Shown piece after piece: positions 30,345 through 40,657 of a DNA stretch of 64,000 nt; positions within the stretch are counted from its first letter, which is position 1, and every line of letters starts with the position of its first letter. The notes under the pieces were generated by a model that saw only the letters and a program-made list of their open reading frames with translations, was not told the origin of the DNA and made no database searches. This stretch comes from an uncultured cyanobacterium. Lineage in GTDB: Bacteria > Cyanobacteriota > Cyanobacteriia > CAKZMO01. The stretch lies in assembly GCA_963719515.1 (NCBI GenBank), contig CAVRCJ010000004.1, forward strand, positions 32,001 through 96,000, given 5' to 3'. The translations under genes and the position numbers were made by a program.

Positions 30345-31604
30345 GTGGGCGACCCTAAGCGAGACCTGCCCAAATTTTGTCGCCCCCTGCTGCGAGTGAG
30401 TGCGATCGCCCTTCCCTACAGTTTTTACAGCCTGATCGGGCTGCTGGTCTTGAGCATTGTGCTGGTATACCACCGGGGCCAGCGGTGGATAGACCCGCTA
30501 ACGCGCGGCACCCTAGCGCTGGCCATAGGGCTATTGCTGCTGAGCTGCACCACGGCCCGTAGCCAGGGCGAGGCGCTGCTGCAGCTGGCTAATTTTCTCC
30601 CTTTTTTTTTGCTGTTTGTGGGCTTGCCCGCCCTGCTGCGCCACGCCGACCTAGCGCAGGTGCTGCAGCGCGACCTAGTGCTGGCCTCGCTGCCTATTGG
30701 CCTCGTCACCCTAGTGGAATATGGCCTTAAGTCGCCCTATCTGCCCGCCGTAATGCAGCAGCGTCCCTGGGTTGAGGCGCTGCGAGCGGCCCCCCACCGG
30801 GGGCGGCCTATGGTGATGTTTGACCATCCCAACGTGCTGGCGAGCTATTTGGTGATTGTGTTCGGTTTGGCCTGGGGGCTAATGCTGCCGGAAGCGCCTC
30901 AGAAGACGCCCCAAAAAGCAGCTAAGTCCCGGATGTGGATTATCGCGACCCTAGGGCTGATTCTGGCGGCGATCGCCTGCACGGGGTCTCGCAACGGCCT
31001 AGCGGTATCCCTACTTCAGGGAATGATTGGGTTGAGCCTGCTGCGATTGCCTTGGCTTTTGAAAGGGGGGATTTTGGTAGGGGTGTCGGGCCTGGGCTTC
31101 GGGCTGGCGGCCCTCAGCTTGGGAACCACCCGCTGGACGGTGACGGCGCTGCGGGACGACCCTCGCTTTGGCCTGTGGCAAATTGCCCTCGATCTGATCT
31201 CTGAGCGCCCCTGGCTCGGCTGGGGACTGGGCAGCTTCAAGCAGCTCTACCCGCCTCGGCTAATCGACCCTGAATACCTGAGCGTGTTTCACCCCCACAA
31301 CGTTGGACTGCTGCTGGCGGCTGAAGCGGGGGTGGGGACGGCGATCGCCTTAACGGTGCTGGTGAGCTTTATCGCCTACCGCAGCCTGCGGGCGCGTCCT
31401 GGCTGTCCCCCTGGTCTCTGGGTAGGCAGCAATCTAGCTTTTTTAGGGGTAGTCGGGTTTGCTTGCTTCGACGTCACCCTATACGACGGGCGCGTCAACG
31501 CCCTCAACTGGATCGTGCTGGCTAGCGCCTACAGTACGTTGTTTTGGGCACAGCTTCAGGGAAAACAAAACGTTAAGCTGTCTAAAGGTCCAATGCAGGA
31601 TTAG
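30345..31604 (+). CDS. O-antigen ligase (WaaL/Wzy_C) family membrane protein
   Basis: FDHPNVLA, TGSRNG, R..LW..ALDLISERPWLGWGLG, HPHN. Confidence 0.85.
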   Translation: MGDPKRDLPKFCRPLLRVSAIALPYSFYSLIGLLVLSIVLVYHRGQRWIDPLTRGTLALAIGLLLLSCTTARSQGEALLQLANFLPFFLLFVGLPALLRHADLAQVLQRDLVLASLPIGLVTLVEYGLKSPYLPAVMQQRPWVEALRAAPHRGRPMVMFDHPNVLASYLVIVFGLAWGLMLPEAPQKTPQKAAKSRMWIIATLGLILAAIACTGSRNGLAVSLLQGMIGLSLLRLPWLLKGGILVGVSGLGFGLAALSLGTTRWTVTALRDDPRFGLWQIALDLISERPWLGWGLGSFKQLYPPRLIDPEYLSVFHPHNVGLLLAAEAGVGTAIALTVLVSFIAYRSLRARPGCPPGLWVGSNLAFLGVVGFACFDVTLYDGRVNALNWIVLASAYSTLFWAQLQGKQNVKLSKGPMQD

Positions 31605-31637
31605 TATAAGAGCATTCCGTGAAGTCCGGAGCATCTC

Positions 31638-32555
31638 ATGGGTGGACTTGATAGCGTAAAGCTTTCCCAGCTCAAGGCATTGGTGGCGGTTGCCGAGCAG
31701 CACAACTTTAGCGAGGCGGCCCATCAGCTGCAGCTTTCCCAATCAGCCATTAGCCATGCGATCGCCACATTAGAGGATGAGCTGGGGGTGGTGCTGTTTT
31801 TGCGGGGCCGCCGGGGCGCGGTGCTCACCCCCGTGGGCGATCGCATTTTGCGCCACGCCCAGACGGTTCTGGGGGCGCTGCAGCAGATGGGTCACGAGGC
31901 CGAGCTGTCCCGCAGCTTAGACAGCGGTGAGGTGCGCGTGGCGTCATTTCGCAGCGCGGCCACCCACATCATTCCCAGAGCGATCGCTCAGTTTCGGCAA
32001 AAGTTTCCCAAGCTGTCGGCCTCCCTCACAGAGCACCTCGACTACGCCGCCGTGGAGCAAATGCTGCAGGAGGGCAAAGCGGACGTGGGCATCACCTACC
32101 TCCCAAGCCCCAAGGAATTCGAAACTTGGGAGCTGCTTCGAGACGAATATCTGGTCTTCCTGCCGCCCCAGGCTTCGGTGCCCGAGGCCCTCACCTGGGA
32201 GCAGCTGGCCGCCTATCCGCTGATCCTCGGCCCCGATGACGATGCTTGCCTAGTGACGCTGCGGACTCACTTTGCCCGACACAAGTTCTTGAAAAAGGCC
32301 GACTACCAGGTGAGCGAGGATTCCACGATTCTCGGGATGGTGGCTCAAGGGCTAGGCATTGCTATCTTGCCTCAGCTGGCCGCTTGCCCCACCCCCCCCG
32401 GAATTCAAACGCGATCGCTGCCGGTGCCCTTTTATCGGCATTTGGGAGTGGCGATGTTGGCAGAGGCCCTCCACCCGCCGCCGGTATTTGCCTTTGTCGA
32501 CATTCTTAAGCAGCTGCCCGTGCAGACAGCGAGTTTTGAGGACAAGTTGTCGTAA
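31638..32555 (+). CDS. LysR family transcriptional regulator
   Basis: HTH NFSEAAHQLQLSQSAISHAIATLEDELG; MVAQGLGIAILP. Confidence 0.93.
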   Translation: MGGLDSVKLSQLKALVAVAEQHNFSEAAHQLQLSQSAISHAIATLEDELGVVLFLRGRRGAVLTPVGDRILRHAQTVLGALQQMGHEAELSRSLDSGEVRVASFRSAATHIIPRAIAQFRQKFPKLSASLTEHLDYAAVEQMLQEGKADVGITYLPSPKEFETWELLRDEYLVFLPPQASVPEALTWEQLAAYPLILGPDDDACLVTLRTHFARHKFLKKADYQVSEDSTILGMVAQGLGIAILPQLAACPTPPGIQTRSLPVPFYRHLGVAMLAEALHPPPVFAFVDILKQLPVQTASFEDKLS

Positions 32556-32558
32556 CCT

Positions 32559-33236
32559 ATGACCCCAGCAGTTCAAGCCATTCGCAGCGCCTTGGTGATC
32601 TCCTGCCAGGCTCCCGCCGACTCTCCCCTCCACCAGCCTGAAATCATTGCCGCGATCGCCCAGGCGTCGGTCCAGCGGGGGGCAGTGGGGGTGCGCATCG
32701 ACAGCCCCGCGCACATTCGCGCCGTTCGCCAGCAGGTTTCGGTACCCATCATTGGCCTGTGGAAGCAGACGCTGCCGGGGTCTGAGGTCTATATCACCCC
32801 CCAGTTTCATCATGGGCAAGCCGTGGCGGAAGCCGGAGCCGATATCATCGCCATTGACGCTACCCAGCGCCCCCGCCCCGGTGGGGAGACGCTGCCGCAG
32901 CTCGTAGAGCGCATCCACTCAGAACTACACCGTCCCGTGATGGCAGATGTAGATACCCTGGCGTCGGCAAAGGCGGCGATAGATGCGGGGGCCGACCTGG
33001 TGGGGACGACGCTGTTTGGCTATACAGCAGCGACGAGGTCGGAAAAGCCCCCTGGGTTCAAGCTATTGAAGCAGCTCGTAGATCTGGGGGTCCCTGCCGT
33101 CTGTGAGGGAGGAATTGCCTCGCCCGAGATGGCCCGGCAAGCGCTGGCGCTAGGGGCATTTAGCGTCGTGGTGGGGACGGCAATTACCGGGGTGGATGCG
33201 CTGGCGGCGGCCTATACGGCAGCGGTAAAATTCTAG
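32559..33236 (+). CDS. nanE: N-acetylmannosamine-6-phosphate 2-epimerase
   Basis: LVISCQA, PIIGLWK, VYITP, VMADV, GTTLFGYT, EGGI, VVVGTAIT. Confidence 0.93.
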   Translation: MTPAVQAIRSALVISCQAPADSPLHQPEIIAAIAQASVQRGAVGVRIDSPAHIRAVRQQVSVPIIGLWKQTLPGSEVYITPQFHHGQAVAEAGADIIAIDATQRPRPGGETLPQLVERIHSELHRPVMADVDTLASAKAAIDAGADLVGTTLFGYTAATRSEKPPGFKLLKQLVDLGVPAVCEGGIASPEMARQALALGAFSVVVGTAITGVDALAAAYTAAVKF

Positions 33237-33264
33237 CTTGCGGCGATCGCACGAAGCGCCAGCG

Positions 33265-34176
33265 CTAAGCGTCCAAAAGGCGCGCCGCCGCCGCACTGTA
33301 CTCCGGGTAAGACTTTACCCCAACTAAGGTCTCTACGAGCTCGCCATCCTTGAAGAACATCACCGCCGGTATTCCCTTCAGCTCAAATCGCTTGGTGATT
33401 TGCCGATTGATGTCGAAGTCTATCTTCATTACCGCAACGTGACGGTCCGCCTGGGCCGAATGACCATCGCCATACTCCCCCGCCAGCTTATCGATGAGCG
33501 GCGTCACCTGCTTGCAAGAGCCACACCAAGACGCCATGCAGTCTACCACCAGCCTCGCCTCTTTCTCTAAAAGCGCGTCAAGCTCCGCCTCATCTTGAAT
33601 CAGCGGAGCCGCCTCTAGGGTCTCGTAACCCAATCGCATTAACGCTTGGGTTACCTCCGCAAACGGCAGGCTGCCGTTGAGGGCCTTGAGCTGCGATCGC
33701 TGCCGATAGTGATCCAGCAGCGGGGCCACTTCTGCCTGATGGCGGTCCAGATGTTGGCGAATCGCCGTGGTTGAAGGGTACTTTTCTTTGTCAGCCGAGA
33801 GCCGGTTCATCAAAATTCCGGGGGTGGCCTTGAGGTAGACCACAGTGAAAGGCGGGAGACCCACCGCAGCGGCCCAATCGTCGAACGCCTGGGCTTGCCC
33901 CAGGGTGCGCGGAAACCCATCGAGCACCCACCCCTGCAGCATCACGTCCGGCTGCTCAAACCGCCTCCGGATTAGCGTCATGGCGGAGGAATCGGGGATC
34001 TGCTTCCCAGCCGCCGCTTCCTTCGCCTCAGCGCCAATTGCCGACTCGCTGGCGATCGCGGCCTGCAAAAGCTCATCCATGGAAACGTGGGGAATTTGCC
34101 AGCGCGTCGCGATCGCGGCGGCTTGCGATTCGACACTCACCCCAGGCGGCCCCAAGAGAATGAACTGCTTCTCCAT
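33265..34176 (-). CDS. Fusion of a degenerate adenylate-kinase-like domain and a C-terminal thioredoxin domain
   Basis: ILLGPPG...WVLDGFPRT (Adk fold) followed by VVDCMASWCGSCK...KGIPAVMFFKDGE (Trx). Confidence 0.85.
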   Translation of the reverse strand: MEKQFILLGPPGVSVESQAAAIATRWQIPHVSMDELLQAAIASESAIGAEAKEAAAGKQIPDSSAMTLIRRRFEQPDVMLQGWVLDGFPRTLGQAQAFDDWAAAVGLPPFTVVYLKATPGILMNRLSADKEKYPSTTAIRQHLDRHQAEVAPLLDHYRQRSQLKALNGSLPFAEVTQALMRLGYETLEAAPLIQDEAELDALLEKEARLVVDCMASWCGSCKQVTPLIDKLAGEYGDGHSAQADRHVAVMKIDFDINRQITKRFELKGIPAVMFFKDGELVETLVGVKSYPEYSAAAARLLDA

Positions 34177-34278
34177 CTGCTTTGTCGTTGGTAGCGTAGA
34201 TCTTTTTAGCGTAGATCTTTATAAACTACACGCTGGCCGTCTCCTCTAAACCAAGAGCAAAACAAAAAGTTGCAATCG

Positions 34279-34764
34279 TTACGTTTTGCCGTGGCAATGC
34301 TTGAACTTCTTGCCGCTGCCGCACCAGCAGGGTTCGTTTCGCTTGGGCTGCACGGGTGGCAGCAGGTCGCCCTCCAGGTAAAACCATCGGCCCCGCTGCT
34401 GGCGAAACTGCGATCGCTCGTGCAGCTGGGCCGTGCGATCGCCCTCCCGGTAGACCGCCACAAACTCCACCTCACCGGTTTTGTCTGCTGGCTGCCCCTG
34501 ATGCGCGGCAACCACGGTGAGCCCTAACCAGGTGACGCGATTGATCGTATCGGCGAGCGGGCGGCTGTCCGAGGTGCGGCGCGTGGGGTGGTGGGTCGCC
34601 ATCAGGTAGTCGACCTGGCCCAGACAGTAGGCCGTGTAGCGCGATCGCATCAGCGCCTCTGCCGTCGGGGCTAGGCCAGTCCCTTGCAGACGGGGACCGC
34701 AGCAGTCTGTAAGCCGTTGGCCACTGCCGCAGGGGCAGGGCAACGCGGAGGAGAAATTGACCAC
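34279..34764 (-). CDS. YchJ family protein with SEC-C motifs
   Basis: CPCGSG...[44 protein letters not shown]. Confidence 0.92.
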
Positions 34765-34860
34765 GGGCTTGCTGCCCCACAGCAGGGCAGAAATTGCTGG
34801 TTAGCACTAGCCTAGACGACCCTTGGCCCCACAGCCAACTTTCCTTGCCGTCGAGTAGGT

Positions 34861-35592
34861 TTAGTCGAAGATGTCGGACCCGGCAATCCGATCGCTCACC
34901 TCACCGATATCGGTCCTTCTGAGAATAGCTAAAGCGCGATCGCCGAATTCCACCACCGCGTTTCGCCCCCGCTGCACCAGGGCAATGTCGCCCATGCGGA
35001 TTTCTTCGTCCAGCACCAGACGGTCCCGGCTCTCCTCAAAATCCCGAATTATTAGCTGACCCGCTGTGTTCAGCACAAAGAAGTCGCCCCCCGAACCCCC
35101 CCAGGCCATATCGCGTCCAGCACCGCCGTCTAGAATATCCCGACCGCGATCGCCTTTCAACCGGTCGTTATCCTCACCGCCTAGCAGTAGATCCCGACCT
35201 CGACCCCCGATGAGTAGGTCTCGCCCTAGCGCCCCCACAAGGGTGTCATGTCCCGCGAGGCCGCTGAGAACGTCGGCTGTAGGGCCGCCCAGCAGCAGAT
35301 TGCTCGCCACGCTGCCGATGAGGCGTCGGTTTCCTGGCTCGATGAGTTGGGCGAAGTCGATGTCGCCCAGCCGATTGAGCAGGCTGTTGGAGACGTCGCC
35401 TAACTCATCGGCAAGGTCGGAGAGCACCGCTAAGAGGTTGAGGCTTGGGATGTCGATGTCTGAAAAGTCAATGCCCGAGAAATCAATGCCTGGGAGGTCA
35501 ATACCTGAGAAATCAATACCTGGGAGATCAATACCTGAGAAATCAAGATCGATATCCAGGTCATCAAAAATGTTGCTGTCGAAGATGGCCAT
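34861..35592 (-). CDS. Small RTX/hemolysin-type calcium-binding protein with acidic N-terminal repeats
   Basis: GGxGxD nonapeptides (GGRGRDLL, GGAGRD, GGSGGD), IIRDFEESRDRLVL; N-terminal IDFSG/IDLPG repeats. Confidence 0.8.
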   Translation of the reverse strand: MAIFDSNIFDDLDIDLDFSGIDLPGIDFSGIDLPGIDFSGIDFSDIDIPSLNLLAVLSDLADELGDVSNSLLNRLGDIDFAQLIEPGNRRLIGSVASNLLLGGPTADVLSGLAGHDTLVGALGRDLLIGGRGRDLLLGGEDNDRLKGDRGRDILDGGAGRDMAWGGSGGDFFVLNTAGQLIIRDFEESRDRLVLDEEIRMGDIALVQRGRNAVVEFGDRALAILRRTDIGEVSDRIAGSDIFD

Positions 35593-35719
35593 ACCGTTTC
35601 CTTGAACGCTCTATGGTCAAGCTAAGCGGTGCTGGAGCGGTGTGAGGGAGACCATGTGTCAGCTTTGGGGACTGCCCCCCTGCCCCCCCGTGGCGTGGCC
35701 CGCGTTTTGTCCCTACCAC

Positions 35720-37825
35720 TCATGGGCACCCGTAGCCAAGCGCAACGTCCATCTCTAACACCCTGACCAAAAAGCCAAACTTGTCTGCAACCTCCTCAAT
35801 CACCTTTGCCGTTGGCTTCCCCGCCCCGTGCCCGGCCTTCGTCTCAATGCGAATCAGCACCGGCTCTTTGCCCCCATGGGCCGCCTGCAGCGCTGCCGCA
35901 AACTTAAAACTGTGGGCGGGCACGACGCGATCGTCGTGGTCGGCGGTGGTGATTAGGGTGGCGGGATAGGCGGTTTGGTCCTTGAGGTTGTGGTACGGCG
36001 AGTAGGCATAGAGTGCCTTAAACTCCTCAACATTCTCTTCCGGCGAGCCATACTCCGACATCCAGGCCCAGCCAATGGTGAACTTATGGAAGCGCAGCAT
36101 ATCCATCACGCCGACGGCGGGCAGCGCTGCCGCAAACAGGTCAGGCCGCTGAACCATGCAGGCCCCCACCAACAGACCGCCGTTGCTGCCGCCGGAGATA
36201 GCGAGCTTAGCGGGGGCGGTGTACTGCTGCTCCACTAGCCACTCAGCAGCGGCAATAAAATCGTCAAATACGTTTTGCTTTTGCTGGGTCATTCCCGCTT
36301 GATGCCAGGCTTCCCCATACTCGCCGCCCCCCCGGAGGTTAGGCACTGCGTACAGTCCGCCCAGCTCCATCCAGACCAGACTGCTCACCGAGAACCCCGG
36401 CGTGAGAGAAACGTTGAAGCCGCCATAGCCGTAAAGCAGGGCGGGGTTGCTGCCGTCTAGGGTGAGCCCTTTCTTGTGAGTGATGAACAGGGGCACCTGG
36501 GTGCCGTCCTTACTGGGGTAGAACGCTTGGGTCGTGACGTAGTCCGCTGGGTCGAAGGCCACTTCGGGCTGGCGAAACAGGGTGCTCTCCCCCCTAGCCA
36601 TGTCGTAGCGGTAGATCGTCGCTGGGGTGGTGAAGCCGGTGAAGCTGTAAAAGGTTTCGGTGTGGCTGCGCCTGCCGCCAAAGCCTCCCACAGAGCCGAT
36701 ACCGGGCAGCGCTACGTCGCCTGCTGGCGTGCCGTCTAGCTCAAAGACTTTGACGGCGGAGTAGGCATCCTTGAGATAGCTGACCACGAACTGATTGTTA
36801 ATTGTATTGACGCTCTGCAGCGTTTCCGCCGCCTCGGGAATTAGCGTTCTTCGTGCCTCAGGCTGGGCAATATCAATGGCAATCAGGCGACCTCGGGGGG
36901 CCTCAAGGTCTGTCTTGATCCAAAACACGGAGCCGTCGTTGTCAATGAAGTCATAGCTGGCCTCAAAGGTGCTGATGAGTTCCACCACCTCACTATCGGG
37001 CTGGCTCAGGTCTTGGTAGAACAGCAGGTTCTTGCGCTCCGTTCCTCGCCAGACGCTGATAATCAAGTAGCGTCCGTCGTCGGTGACGCTGCCGTCAAAG
37101 CCCCACTCCTTTTCGTCCGGGCGCTCATACACCAGCCGATCGTCAGACTGAGGCGTCCCTACGCGGTGATAGTAGAGCTTTTGGTAGTAGTTGACGTCCT
37201 CAAACTTAGTCTTCTCGCTAGGCTCGTCGTAGCGGCTGTAGTAAAAGCCCTGACCGTCGTGGGTCCAAGAGGCCCCAGAGAACTTCACCCACTGCAGGCG
37301 ATCGCCCAGCTCTTCGCCAGTTTCCACTCGCCGCACTCGCCATTCCTGCCAGTCGGAGCCGGAGCTGGAAAGGCCATAGGCAATATACTGAGCATCTTCG
37401 CTGATAGCTAGGCTAGAGAGGGCCACGGTGCCGTCGTCTGACAAGGTGTTGGGGTCAATAAGGACCCGAGGCTCGGCGTCTGATTCGAATTTCGAGTAGG
37501 GCAGGGTGTAGAGCACGTCCTGGTTTTGCAGTCCGTCATTCTTGAAGAAGAAGAGACGGTTGCCCCTGCGAAACGGGGTCCTGAACTTCTCGTAGTTCCA
37601 CAGGTCGGTAAGCCGCTCGATAATCTGCTGACGCTGGGGAATTTGGGCCAGGTAATCGAAAGTGACGCGGTTTTGAGCCTCAATCCACTCGCGGCTCTGC
37701 GGTGAGTCCGGGTTCTCTAGCCAGCGGTAGGGATCGGCAACCGGAGTGCCGTGGTAATCGTCGATTTGATCGACGGTTTTGGAATGGGGATAGGTGAGTT
37801 TAGAATCGGCCTGAGAATTCGCCAT
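35720..37825 (-). CDS. Prolyl oligopeptidase (S9A)
   Basis: VADPYRWLE, YGYGGF, GGSNGGLL, DHDDRV, KAGHGAGK. Confidence 0.96.
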   Translation of the reverse strand: MANSQADSKLTYPHSKTVDQIDDYHGTPVADPYRWLENPDSPQSREWIEAQNRVTFDYLAQIPQRQQIIERLTDLWNYEKFRTPFRRGNRLFFFKNDGLQNQDVLYTLPYSKFESDAEPRVLIDPNTLSDDGTVALSSLAISEDAQYIAYGLSSSGSDWQEWRVRRVETGEELGDRLQWVKFSGASWTHDGQGFYYSRYDEPSEKTKFEDVNYYQKLYYHRVGTPQSDDRLVYERPDEKEWGFDGSVTDDGRYLIISVWRGTERKNLLFYQDLSQPDSEVVELISTFEASYDFIDNDGSVFWIKTDLEAPRGRLIAIDIAQPEARRTLIPEAAETLQSVNTINNQFVVSYLKDAYSAVKVFELDGTPAGDVALPGIGSVGGFGGRRSHTETFYSFTGFTTPATIYRYDMARGESTLFRQPEVAFDPADYVTTQAFYPSKDGTQVPLFITHKKGLTLDGSNPALLYGYGGFNVSLTPGFSVSSLVWMELGGLYAVPNLRGGGEYGEAWHQAGMTQQKQNVFDDFIAAAEWLVEQQYTAPAKLAISGGSNGGLLVGACMVQRPDLFAAALPAVGVMDMLRFHKFTIGWAWMSEYGSPEENVEEFKALYAYSPYHNLKDQTAYPATLITTADHDDRVVPAHSFKFAAALQAAHGGKEPVLIRIETKAGHGAGKPTAKVIEEVADKFGFLVRVLEMDVALGYGCP

Positions 37826-37854
37826 GGACCCAGCAAAAGCGCAACGCTTTTAGT

Positions 37855-38799
37855 CTAGCGCCGCTCGTAGGAATAGATGCCGCCGGATTGAGTGAATAGG
37901 GCATCTGAAGTATCGCTCAGCAGCTGGCGATCGCCCTCACTCATTTCCCACGTCAGCGCCGTGGCGTTTTGCTGAATCTCCTCGCGCTTAAGGGTCAGCC
38001 CTGCAATCACGCCGCCCACGGCGGGCTGGGCCGCCGCCCAGTTTAGGGCTACTTGAGCAACTGTCTTGTCGTAGCCCTGCGCCACCTTTGACAAGGTCTC
38101 TAGCAGGGTCTGCACCGGCTTCCAGCCACCGTGAAGCTTTACCATATTGGCGTAATAGAAAGAGCGGGCGTGATCGGATTCTAGGGTGGGACGCTCGACG
38201 TGACGAAACCCATCAGAGAGAAAGCCCCCCGCCAAGACCCCATAGGCCAGCAGCGAAATATCCTGCTCTAGGCAAAAGGCCTGCATGCCGTTCTCGGCGC
38301 GGCGGTCTATGAGGCTGTACTGTACCTGGTTGGATGAAATGGGAGCCAAGGCGATCGCCTTTTTCAGCATGTCGAGATTGAAATTAGTCACTCCAAACTT
38401 AGCGATTGTGCCTTCGCTCACTAGCGCGGCAAAGGTTTCTAGGGTGCTGGTGAAGTCGAGCTGGGGATCTTGCCAGTGGAGCTGTACGCAATCTAAAACA
38501 TCCTGCTTCAGATTGCGTTGCGCAATTTCTATTCTGTGGCGAATTTGCTTCGGGGTGAGAAGCTCGTCGAAAAAAGAGGCTTTGGTCAGCACCTGGCTGG
38601 TTCTCCCCTTTAGAGCTCGCCCAAGCACCTGTTCACTGCGGCCATAGATATCTGCTGTGTCAAAGGTCTGCACTCCCATGGCAACATAGGTATCAATCGC
38701 CCGAGTTAGGTGCTCCTCTGAATGGGCTTTCCAGCTGCGATCGTCTAATTGCCAACACCCTACGATTAGAGGATTTTCCGACATTGCGCGAAACGGCAT
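37855..38799 (-). CDS. Aldo/keto reductase
   Basis: GCWQL, FDTADIYG, LTK, QLHW, GVTNF, NQVQYSL, AQVALNW. Confidence 0.92.
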   Translation of the reverse strand: MPFRAMSENPLIVGCWQLDDRSWKAHSEEHLTRAIDTYVAMGVQTFDTADIYGRSEQVLGRALKGRTSQVLTKASFFDELLTPKQIRHRIEIAQRNLKQDVLDCVQLHWQDPQLDFTSTLETFAALVSEGTIAKFGVTNFNLDMLKKAIALAPISSNQVQYSLIDRRAENGMQAFCLEQDISLLAYGVLAGGFLSDGFRHVERPTLESDHARSFYYANMVKLHGGWKPVQTLLETLSKVAQGYDKTVAQVALNWAAAQPAVGGVIAGLTLKREEIQQNATALTWEMSEGDRQLLSDTSDALFTQSGGIYSYERR

Positions 38800-38954
38800 A
38801 GAGCTAAAAACTCAGTCTGTGGATTATCGAAGGGGGGTGGATAGCGTAAAGTGAGCCGCACGGTACGGATTGAGCCGGTTCCCCATTATGAGCCGCCGAG
38901 AACTGATTTGTAAATCGAATCCTAGTTTTCTGCCATAGGAGACCACCGTTCGCT

Positions 38955-39296
38955 TTAGGGTTCCGGAGCGGGGGGCGCTGCCAAATGAGCGTAACCATAC
39001 ATGCGGGGATGGAAAAGAGACTGAACCGGGCGATCGCCCTCTAGATGCTCGGCGACAACGGTCGCAACATCGCTGGGCTTAACGCGGCAGTAAGAGACGC
39101 CGTCCGGCATGATGCGGACGTTGGGACCAACGCTACATTGGCTCATGCAGCCGCTTTCCGCAACGAAGACGGGAGGGGCGGTTTGGGCCTGAAACGCGTC
39201 AAACACTTCTGCAGCGCCGCTTCTTAGACAAGAGCGGTGCTGGCAAATTAAGATACAGCGGCGGTTTGAGGGCTCAGACGGGTTGGACAAATCCAT
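38955..39296 (-). CDS. Thioredoxin-like [2Fe-2S] ferredoxin
   Basis: CQHRSC...GCMSQCSVGPNV...Y; EHL. Confidence 0.88.
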   Translation of the reverse strand: MDLSNPSEPSNRRCILICQHRSCLRSGAAEVFDAFQAQTAPPVFVAESGCMSQCSVGPNVRIMPDGVSYCRVKPSDVATVVAEHLEGDRPVQSLFHPRMYGYAHLAAPPAPEP

Positions 39297-39399
39297 GGGA
39301 TAAGACTCTATACCTATTGCATTCTAGAGCTAGACCTGCTGGAGAGCACGCTAGGACAGGGCGCGCGCTCTGGCAGGCAACAGGTAAAAAGACGATAAG

Positions 39400-40413
39400 C
39401 TACCCCACAAGGCTCCCCAGCGATCGCATCATGTTTTTGGGATTCATGGCGTCTAGAGCAGCCGTAGGCTCATAGCCACAGTGCACCATGCAGTCGGCGC
39501 ATTGGGGGTTCCCGCTGCGGTGGCCGTACTGATCCCACTCGGTATTATCCATCAGCTCTTGAAAGGTTTCGTAGTGCCCTTCATTGAGCAGGTAACAGGG
39601 CTTTTGCCAGCCCAAAACGCTATAGCTAGGGCTTCCCCAAGGGGTACATTCGTAGTCCTTTTCACCGATTAAAAAGTCGAGGAATAGGGGATTGTGGTTG
39701 AAATTCCACTTTTTCTTCCCCTGAGTCATCGGCGCTAAAATTTCTCGGAACAGCGCTTTCGTCTGCTCCCGCTTCAAGAAATGCTCTTGGTCAGGGGCCC
39801 ACTCATAGCTATAGCCGGGGGACACCATCATCCCATCAACCCCTAGCTCATTTAGGAAGTCAAAAAAGTCCTGAATGTCCTTGGGGTTCGCCCCTTCAAA
39901 AATCGTGGTGTTTGTGGTGACCCGAAAGCCGCGTGCTTTAGCCGCTTTGATAGCCTTCACTGCCGTCTCGAACACGCCATCCTGGTTCACAGCGCGGTCG
40001 TGGTGCTCTCCAAGGCCGTCGAGGTGGACGCTGAAGGTTAGGTAGGGCGAGGGCGTAAATTTGTCGAGGTTCTTCTCTAGAAGAATAGCGTTGGTGCAGA
40101 GATAGATGTATTTCTTCCGCGCTACCAAACCATCGACAATCGCCTTAATCTGCGGGTGTAGCAGAGGCTCTCCACCCGGAATGGAGACCACGGGCACGCC
40201 GCATTCTTCTACGGCGGCGAAGCACTCTTCTGGCGATAGATGCTGCTTGAGAATTTCTTTGGGGTGCTGAATCTTACCGCAGCCTGGGCAAGCCAGGTTG
40301 CACCGGAACAGGGGCTCTAGCATGAGCACGAGAGGAAAGCGCTTGCGTCCTTGAAGCCGCTGGGTAATTAGATATTTAGCGACGCTAGCAGCTTGCTGTA
40401 GTTGAACGGCCAT
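39400..40413 (-). CDS. hpnH: Adenosyl-hopene transferase, radical SAM (hopanoid side-chain synthesis)
   Basis: [49 protein letters not shown]. Confidence 0.95.
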   Translation of the reverse strand: MAVQLQQAASVAKYLITQRLQGRKRFPLVLMLEPLFRCNLACPGCGKIQHPKEILKQHLSPEECFAAVEECGVPVVSIPGGEPLLHPQIKAIVDGLVARKKYIYLCTNAILLEKNLDKFTPSPYLTFSVHLDGLGEHHDRAVNQDGVFETAVKAIKAAKARGFRVTTNTTIFEGANPKDIQDFFDFLNELGVDGMMVSPGYSYEWAPDQEHFLKREQTKALFREILAPMTQGKKKWNFNHNPLFLDFLIGEKDYECTPWGSPSYSVLGWQKPCYLLNEGHYETFQELMDNTEWDQYGHRSGNPQCADCMVHCGYEPTAALDAMNPKNMMRSLGSLVG

Positions 40414-40657
40414 GGGATCTCCTCACACGATGTCTCCTATAGCAGGAGAAACTGTACTGTGTTGATATACTAGCTTGACCCTAACGAAAGGTTACGGGCT
40501 TAGGAATTAAGACTTTCGGCAAAAACGCTTCTTTGAGTCCAACGGTGTTGCTCTACCCTCGCCCGTTACGGCTAGACGCGAGAGCACCGCCAGCGGGTTT
40601 ATCCTGAAAGCGCAGTGGATCTCTAGACTAGTTTTGCCGAAGCACCGGCCCATCTCG

